Positions 42,470-47,714 of a stretch of DNA of 47,714 nt are shown here, piece by piece. Position 1 is the first letter of the stretch, and each line of letters opens with the position of its first letter. Source of the DNA: Bacillota bacterium. GTDB taxonomy: Bacteria > Bacillota > Clostridia > Christensenellales > CAG-138. The stretch lies in NCBI GenBank assembly GCA_023458615.1, contig JAEWYV010000053.1, positions 1 through 47,714 of the forward strand, given 5' to 3'. A model generated the notes under the pieces. The model was given only the letters and a program-made list of their open reading frames with translations, was not told the origin of the DNA and ran no database searches. The translations under genes were made by a program, and so were the position numbers.

Positions 42470-43444
42470 ATGATCAGTGTTTTCATTGACGCGAATATAT
42501 GGTTATCTCTATATGATTTTTCAAGCGATGATTTGGAACAATTTCGAAAGCTTGGAGACATGATAGATTCTGATGTAGAAATACTTTTCACAGAACAAGT
42601 TAGGGATGAAGTATATAGAAATCGAGAGAACAAGATCAAAGATGTTCTAGGCAAGTTTGAGAAACTTACTTTGCAGATTCCAAATATTTGCAAAGGATAT
42701 GATGAATATGATGATTTTAAGAACAGAATCCGAGACTTGTCGGATAAACACGCTTTCATATTAAGGAAAATCAAACAAGATGCAAAAGAAGGGACATTGC
42801 ATGCAGATAAAGTCATAAATTCTATCTTTGATAGAATTAAACCTCTAGGTTGTACAGCTGAAAATATCGAACATGCTAAACAGCGTTATGATAAAGGCAA
42901 TCCTCCCGGGAAAGATGGAAAATATGGAGATGCAATCAATTGGGAGATTTTACTAGAATTAGCTCCAAAAGGTGAGGATATATACTTTGTTAGCGCTGAT
43001 AAAGATTATCGATCAACACTTGATGAAACTTCGTTTAACCAATTCTTGCAGAATGAATGGAAAACAAAAAAGCAATCCAATTTATTTTTCTATCGCACAT
43101 TAAGCGATTTTATTAGTAATCATGTTAGTACTATAGAGTTGAAATCGGAAAACGAGAAGAAAGAAAGTATTGAAAAACTGCGTTGTAGCGGAAGTTTTTC
43201 TGGAACGCATCATTACATTTCTTTATTAGAACGTTATGCAACCTGGTCACCTGATCAAGTTGTCGAGTTGTGTAGTATAGCGGAAAACAATCCTCAGGTG
43301 GGATGGATAATTGGCGATGATGATGTCCAAGCATTCTACACATCCTTATTGTCGAATGGAATAGCGGACAAAGTGAAATCACCATCTGTCGATTGGGTAG
43401 TTAAAAAACTTAACGAAATTGAGAACCCAGAGAGTGAGGATTAA
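42470..43444 (+). CDS. PIN-like (DUF4935-type) domain protein inserted upstream of hsdR
   Basis: 324 aa, AT-rich, GAGGG SD. N-terminal VFIDANIW...D...E acidic pattern and later YFVSADKDY resemble PIN-like nuclease folds by eye. Confidence 0.5.
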   Translation: MISVFIDANIWLSLYDFSSDDLEQFRKLGDMIDSDVEILFTEQVRDEVYRNRENKIKDVLGKFEKLTLQIPNICKGYDEYDDFKNRIRDLSDKHAFILRKIKQDAKEGTLHADKVINSIFDRIKPLGCTAENIEHAKQRYDKGNPPGKDGKYGDAINWEILLELAPKGEDIYFVSADKDYRSTLDETSFNQFLQNEWKTKKQSNLFFYRTLSDFISNHVSTIELKSENEKKESIEKLRCSGSFSGTHHYISLLERYATWSPDQVVELCSIAENNPQVGWIIGDDDVQAFYTSLLSNGIADKVKSPSVDWVVKKLNEIENPESED

Positions 43445-43446
43445 CA

Positions 43447-46400
43447 ATGCCCTTCACCGAATCCAACTACGAAAACTGCATCCTCTCCCTGCTGGAGGAC
43501 ATGGGCTACATCCGCCTCTACGGGCCGGACGTGCCGCGCGATTACCGCGACCCACTCTATGAGGCCGCGCTTCTAGCCGCGTTGACCGTGGTCAACCCCC
43601 GCCTGCCGGAGGAAGCCCTCGCGGACGCGGTGAACCGCATCAAGGATCTCGGCGCGGGCAGCCTACTGCAAAAGAACGCCGTCTTCATGAACTATCTGCA
43701 AAACGGCGTACCCGTGCGCTATTTCGAAAAGGGCGCGGAGCGCTCCAACCTCGTCTACCTCATCGACTATGAGCACCCGGAACGCAACACCTACCACGCC
43801 ATCAACCAATGGACATTTATAGAATATTCCGAAAAGCGGCCGGATGTGGTGCTCTTCATCAACGGCCTGCCGCTGGTGGTCATCGAGCTCAAGTCCCCCT
43901 CCCGCGCGGAGACGGACGCCTCGGAAGCCTACCGCCAGATCAAGAACTACCTGCAGGAGATCCCCTCGTTCTTTGCCTACAACGCCATCTGCGCAATCAG
44001 CGACCTCTCCGCGAGCAAGGCGGGAACGATTACCGCCAGCGAAGACCGCTTTATGGAATGGAAAACCAAGGACGGCAAGGGCGAAACAAAGCTCTTTGCA
44101 GATTACGAAACCTTCTTTGAGGGCATGCTTGACCGCACGCGGCTGCTAGACATCCTAAAAAACTTCGTCTGCTTCTCCGTAGAGACGGAAGGCACGGCGA
44201 AGATTCTCGCCGCCTATCATCAGTATTTCGCGGTGAAAAAGGCGGTGGAATCCACGCGCCAGGCAACACAGACCGACGGCAAGGGCGGCGTGTTTTGGCA
44301 CACGCAGGGCAGCGGGAAGTCGCTCTCCATGGTGTTTTATGCGCATCTATTGCAGGAAGCGCTCCATTCTCCGACCATCGTCGTGCTCACCGACCGAAAC
44401 GATCTGGACGACCAGCTCTATTCGCAATTTGCCAAGTGTAAGGACTTTCTGCGGCAGACCCCCATTCAGGCGGAGAGCCGCGCGCACCTGAAGGAACTGC
44501 TCGAAGGGCGCGAGGCAAACGGCATCCTCTTCACCACCATGCAAAAGTTTGAGGAGGTTGGCGAGCCGCTCTCCAAGCGCAGAAACATCATCGTCATGGC
44601 GGACGAAGCGCACCGCGGGCAGTATGGGCTAGAAGAAAAGATCGACGCCAAGACCGGGCATGTGCAGGTTGGCACCGCGCGCATCATTCGCGACAGCCTG
44701 CCGAACGCGACGTATATCGGCTTCACGGGTACGCCGCTGAGCGAAAAGGATCGCAGCACGCGCGAGGTCTTCGGCGACTATATCGACATCTACGACATGA
44801 CGCAGGCGGTGCTGGATGGCGCGACGAAGCCGGTCTATTATGAGAGCCGCGTGATCAAGCTCAAGCTCAATCAAAAGGCGCTGGATCTCATCGACGCAGA
44901 GTATGACCGCTTCGCCGAGAATGCGGAGCAGTTCGTCATACAAAAAAGCATGCACGAGATGGGCCGCATGGATGCCGTGCTCGGCGCTGACGAGACCATT
45001 GACTCGCTGGTGCGCGATATCATTGAGCACTATGAGGACAGCCGCGCGAACCTTCTCACCGGCAAGGCGATGATCGTTGCGTATTCGCGCCCGATTGCCA
45101 TGAAGATTTACCGCCGCATTCTGCATCTTCGCCCGGCTTGGTCGGAAAAGGTGCAGGTTGTTATGACCTCCAATAACGACGACCCGGAGGATTGGCGGCA
45201 GATCATCGGCAACAGCGCGCGCAAAGCCGAGCTCGCCAAACGCTTTAAGGATAACGCAGACCCGTTCAAGATCGCCATCGTGGTCGATATGTGGCTCACG
45301 GGGTTTGATGTACCGTCTCTTGCGACGATGTACGTCTACAAACCCATGGCGGGGCATAATCTCATGCAGGCCATCGCGCGCGTCAACCGCGTGTTCGGGG
45401 ACAAGGAAGGCGGCCTCGTGGTGGACTATGTTGGCATCGCCGCCGCGCTCAAGCAGGCGATGAATGACTATACCCAGCGTGACCGCAGCAACTACGGCGA
45501 GATGGACATCGCGAAAGCGGCATATCCGAAGTTTCGCGAGAAGTTGGAGGTCTGCCGGAGCCTGCTGCACGGGTTTGAATACAATCGTTTTCTCAACGGA
45601 AGCGATCAGGAGCGCGCAAAGAGCATCACCGGCGGCGTGAACTTCCTGCTGGCGCGCGAGAAGGAGAAAGAGAAGGAAGCATTCATCAAGGAAGCGCTCC
45701 TGTTGCGGCAGGCGCTCTCGCTCTGCGGTAGCCTCGCGAATCGCGAGCAGCGATTTGAGGCGGCGTTTTTCGAGTCGTTGCGGACGCTTCTAGTGCGCCT
45801 CATGGCGGGCGGCGTCGGCGGAAAGCCATATTCACTCGGCGAGATCAACGCGCGCATCAATGATCTGCTCAAGGCAAGCGTGCAGAGCAGCGGCGTGCTC
45901 AACCTGTTTTCGGACGTGAAGGAATCGCTCTCGCTCTTTGATCCGAACTTCCTCGCCGAAATCGCTAAGATGAAGGAGAAGAACCTCGCGATAGAGATTT
46001 TGCGCAAGCTTATCGCCGAGCAGGTGACGGTTTATAAGCGCACGAACTTGGTGAAATCCGAAAAGTTCTCCGAATTGATTCAGCGAACCATGAACGCGTA
46101 TTTCAACGGCTTGTTGACCAACGAGGAAGTCATCGCAGAACTACTCAAGATGGCCGACCTTATGGCGCAGGCGAGCGCGGAAGGCGCGCAGCTTGGGTTG
46201 ACCGCAGAGGAGACCGCATTTTACGACGCACTGACCAAGCCGGAGGCGGTCAAGGACTTCTATCAAAACGACGAACTTGTCGCGATCACAAAAGAGCTCA
46301 CCGATATGCTCCGTAAGAGTCGCACCATAGACTGGCAAAAGAAAGAGACCGCGCGTGCGAAGATGCGCAGCATGGTCAAACGGTTGCTCAAGAAATATCA

Positions 46401-46479
46401 TTACCCGCCCGAAGGGCTGGACGACGCACTGAGCATCGTTATCAGTCAGTGCGAGATGTGGACGGAGAATGCGGATTAA
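43447..46479 (+). CDS. hsdR: Type I restriction endonuclease/translocase subunit
   Basis: 1010 aa. N-terminal nuclease region (RPDVVLFINGLPLVVIELK), helicase motifs HTQGSGKS, MADEAHRGQ, GFTGTPL, and C-terminal helical domain. Confidence 0.92.
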   Translation: MPFTESNYENCILSLLEDMGYIRLYGPDVPRDYRDPLYEAALLAALTVVNPRLPEEALADAVNRIKDLGAGSLLQKNAVFMNYLQNGVPVRYFEKGAERSNLVYLIDYEHPERNTYHAINQWTFIEYSEKRPDVVLFINGLPLVVIELKSPSRAETDASEAYRQIKNYLQEIPSFFAYNAICAISDLSASKAGTITASEDRFMEWKTKDGKGETKLFADYETFFEGMLDRTRLLDILKNFVCFSVETEGTAKILAAYHQYFAVKKAVESTRQATQTDGKGGVFWHTQGSGKSLSMVFYAHLLQEALHSPTIVVLTDRNDLDDQLYSQFAKCKDFLRQTPIQAESRAHLKELLEGREANGILFTTMQKFEEVGEPLSKRRNIIVMADEAHRGQYGLEEKIDAKTGHVQVGTARIIRDSLPNATYIGFTGTPLSEKDRSTREVFGDYIDIYDMTQAVLDGATKPVYYESRVIKLKLNQKALDLIDAEYDRFAENAEQFVIQKSMHEMGRMDAVLGADETIDSLVRDIIEHYEDSRANLLTGKAMIVAYSRPIAMKIYRRILHLRPAWSEKVQVVMTSNNDDPEDWRQIIGNSARKAELAKRFKDNADPFKIAIVVDMWLTGFDVPSLATMYVYKPMAGHNLMQAIARVNRVFGDKEGGLVVDYVGIAAALKQAMNDYTQRDRSNYGEMDIAKAAYPKFREKLEVCRSLLHGFEYNRFLNGSDQERAKSITGGVNFLLAREKEKEKEAFIKEALLLRQALSLCGSLANREQRFEAAFFESLRTLLVRLMAGGVGGKPYSLGEINARINDLLKASVQSSGVLNLFSDVKESLSLFDPNFLAEIAKMKEKNLAIEILRKLIAEQVTVYKRTNLVKSEKFSELIQRTMNAYFNGLLTNEEVIAELLKMADLMAQASAEGAQLGLTAEETAFYDALTKPEAVKDFYQNDELVAITKELTDMLRKSRTIDWQKKETARAKMRSMVKRLLKKYHYPPEGLDDALSIVISQCEMWTENAD

Positions 46480-46579
46480 TTCCAACAGAATTTTTAACAT
46501 TTTCCTATGTGAAAATAGAAGTTAGATACATCAGTCCCCGGCTCTACCCAGTTTGAAGCCTAAAAACGCCCTCAATCCG

Positions 46580-46610
46580 GGCAAGAAATTGGCAAGAAAG
46601 GGGCAAGAAA
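46580..46610 (+). repeat. Three tandem GGCAAGAAA repeats (putative integrase arm-type sites)
   Basis: GGCAAGAAAttGGCAAGAAAggGGCAAGAAA, 68-98 bp from the att core, same orientation as the two copies at 5942-5961. Confidence 0.5.
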
Positions 46611-46650
46611 ATCCGCATTATCGTACGTGATCGTACGAGAGGTGATATAG

Positions 46651-46677
46651 AAAAAAGCCCCGAAATCGGGGCTTTTC
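46651..46677 (-). terminator. Rho-independent terminator immediately after the tRNA 3' end
   Basis: Minus strand: AAGCCCCG attt CGGGGCTT followed by TTTTTT. Confidence 0.7.
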
Positions 46678-46754
46678 TGGTAGCGGCGATCTGATTCGAA
46701 CAGATGACACTCCGGGTATGAACCGAATGCTCTAGCCAGCTGAGCTACGCCGCC
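46678..46754 (-). tRNA. tRNA with CAU anticodon (elongator Met, or Ile2 if lysidine-modified), CCA encoded
   Basis: The reverse complement GGCGGCGTAGCTCAGCTGGCTAGAGCATTCGGTTCATACCCGGAGTGTCATCTGTTCGAATCAGATCGCCGCTACCA folds by hand into a cloverleaf. Acceptor stem is 7 bp with G1-U72; U8, A14, GG in the D loop, anticodon loop UUCAUAC, TTCGAAT T-loop. Confidence 0.9.
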
Positions 46755-47013
46755 ATATTCGCTTGTTTGTGCCGATTTTAGCGGCACATGGTGTATTATA
46801 ACCGCCTGATTCCCCGCTGTCAATACCAAGATATTACGATCATTTTACAGGATAAAAACGCAAAAATCATATATTTTTTATCGATATATGGGCGTTATGC
46901 CGCTCTTGCGGCTTTTCTTGGCGCACGCGGCATGATACAATCTACAAGTGGAAGATTACCCGCTTGTTTCCCGCGTGGAAACGGTCGGTTTGGATTCGAT
47001 CAAGGAGGAACCA

Positions 47014-47714
47014 ATGATTCGCTATCACGCCCATCCGGTCACACTCAAAAACGGAAAACCGCACGCTGCAGACAAATCCAGCGCCGCCGCGCGGGAGAAA
47101 ACAATCGCCTATTCCATTCTCCGCGCGCACAATGCCTCCGGAGATATGGAGCAGCTGCGCCTTCGCTTTGACGCGCTGATTTCTCACGACATCACCTATG
47201 TTGGCATCATCCAAACCGCGCGGGCCAGCGGCTTAACCGAATTCCCCGTGCCGTATGCCATGACCAACTGCCACAATAGCCTCTGCGCCGTCGGCGGAAC
47301 CATCAACGAGGACGACCACGTCTTCGGCCTCTCCGCTGCAAAAAAATATGGCGGCATCTATGTGCCCGCCAACCTCAGCGTCATCCATAGCTACGCGCGC
47401 GAGGAGCTCGCCGGCTGCGGACGCATGATATTGGGTTCGGACAGCCACACGCGCTATGGCGCTCTGGGTACGCTTGCCATTGGCGAAGGCGGGCCGGAGC
47501 TCGTCAAGCAACTCCTGAAAAACACCTACGATATCGCTGCGCCGGAGGTGGTGCTCTGTTATGTAACGGGTAAGCCGCGCCGCGGCGTTGGCCCGCATGA
47601 CGTTGCCCTTGCGCTCGTCAAGGAAGCGTTTGCCGAAGGGCGCGCCAAGAATAAGATTCTGGAGTTCGTCGGCCCGGGCATTGCGCATCTTTCGGCGGAC
47701 TATCGCAACGGCGT
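47014..47714 (+). CDS. Aconitase-family hydratase, N-terminal part (runs off window)
   Basis: ATG 47014 behind AAGGAGG. My translation: [15 protein letters not shown]...AYSILRAHN...[13 protein letters not shown]...[23 protein letters not shown], with the GSDSHT Fe-S ligand region of aconitases. Absent from the ORF track because no stop lies in the window. Confidence 0.7.
   Translation, partial: MIRYHAHPVTLKNGKPHAADKSSAAAREKTIAYSILRAHNASGDMEQLRLRFDALISHDITYVGIIQTARASGLTEFPVPYAMTNCHNSLCAVGGTINEDDHVFGLSAAKKYGGIYVPANLSVIHSYAREELAGCGRMILGSDSHTRYGALGTLAIGEGGPELVKQLLKNTYDIAAPEVVLCYVTGKPRRGVGPHDVALALVKEAFAEGRAKNKILEFVGPGIAHLSADYRNG

Larger units (their letters stand above)
5787..46724. mobile_element. 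Composite integrative element (prophage plus cargo) inserted in tRNA-Met; excised unit length would be 40,891 bp
   Basis: Perfect 47-bp direct repeat at both ends, one copy being the 3' part of the tRNA. Contains a tyrosine integrase and a complete phage gene set. GGCAAGAAA arm-like repeats lie inside both ends. Confidence 0.75.

Noticed and set aside
44629-45570. 313-aa minus-strand ORF inside hsdR (plus several 60-130-aa ORFs at 43809-46500).
   Set aside because: Antisense or out of frame to a 1010-aa HsdR with all helicase motifs in order; low-complexity Arg/His/Leu composition.
47233-47688. 151-aa minus-strand ORF at the right edge.
   Set aside because: It is antisense to an open plus-strand frame starting at ATG 47014 behind AAGGAGG. 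That frame translates to an aconitase-family N-terminus (GSDSHT) and is missing from the ORF track only because it has no stop inside the window.

Overview
Clostridia-like chromosome segment carrying a ~40.9-kb integrative element inserted in the 3' half of a tRNA-Met(CAU) gene. The flanks and prophage are GC-rich (38 G+C in the 60-nt line at 20401). Left flank (1-5786): a 5'-truncated TPP riboswitch plus a thiT-like gene, a membrane sulfatase-superfamily gene, an IS3-type transposase relic, a divergent lysE/lysR pair and a truncated phage tape-measure relic. The element is bounded by a perfect 47-bp direct repeat (5787-5833 = 46678-46724; the right copy is part of the intact tRNA). GGCAAGAAA repeats lie just inside both ends. 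Inside the element, left to right: (i) A sharply AT-rich cargo island (about 5962-13813; 13 G+C in the 60-nt line at 7381) with two divergent, tightly coupled operons rich in pyrimidine-nucleotide enzymes. The minus-strand operon encodes an ABC-type ATPase::SAM-methyltransferase fusion, an AvcD/Dcd-like kinase-deaminase and a small ORF. The plus-strand operon encodes an unknown ORF, a ComEB-type deaminase, a membrane-anchored Dcd/dUTPase-fold protein, a B12-type radical SAM enzyme and a Nudix-like protein. (ii) A complete HK97-like siphovirus prophage on the minus strand (13814-37664): lysis, tail with a canonical -1 frameshift chaperone, head, terminase/HNH, ParB-methylase, replication/SSB, Cro/CI switch and integrase. 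It also carries an AT-rich two-gene lipoprotein moron. (iii) A type I R-M locus (37823-46479) interrupted by rhuM, an AT-rich membrane ORF, a 5' hsdR stub and a PIN-like ORF. Right flank: the tRNA and the start of an aconitase-family gene. The best candidates for undescribed biology are the two operons of the AT-rich island, especially the five-gene radical-SAM/deaminase/Nudix operon, and the ORFs in the PrrC position of the R-M locus. All functional calls are by-eye motif recognition on the supplied translations; no database search, alignment program or RNA folding was run.
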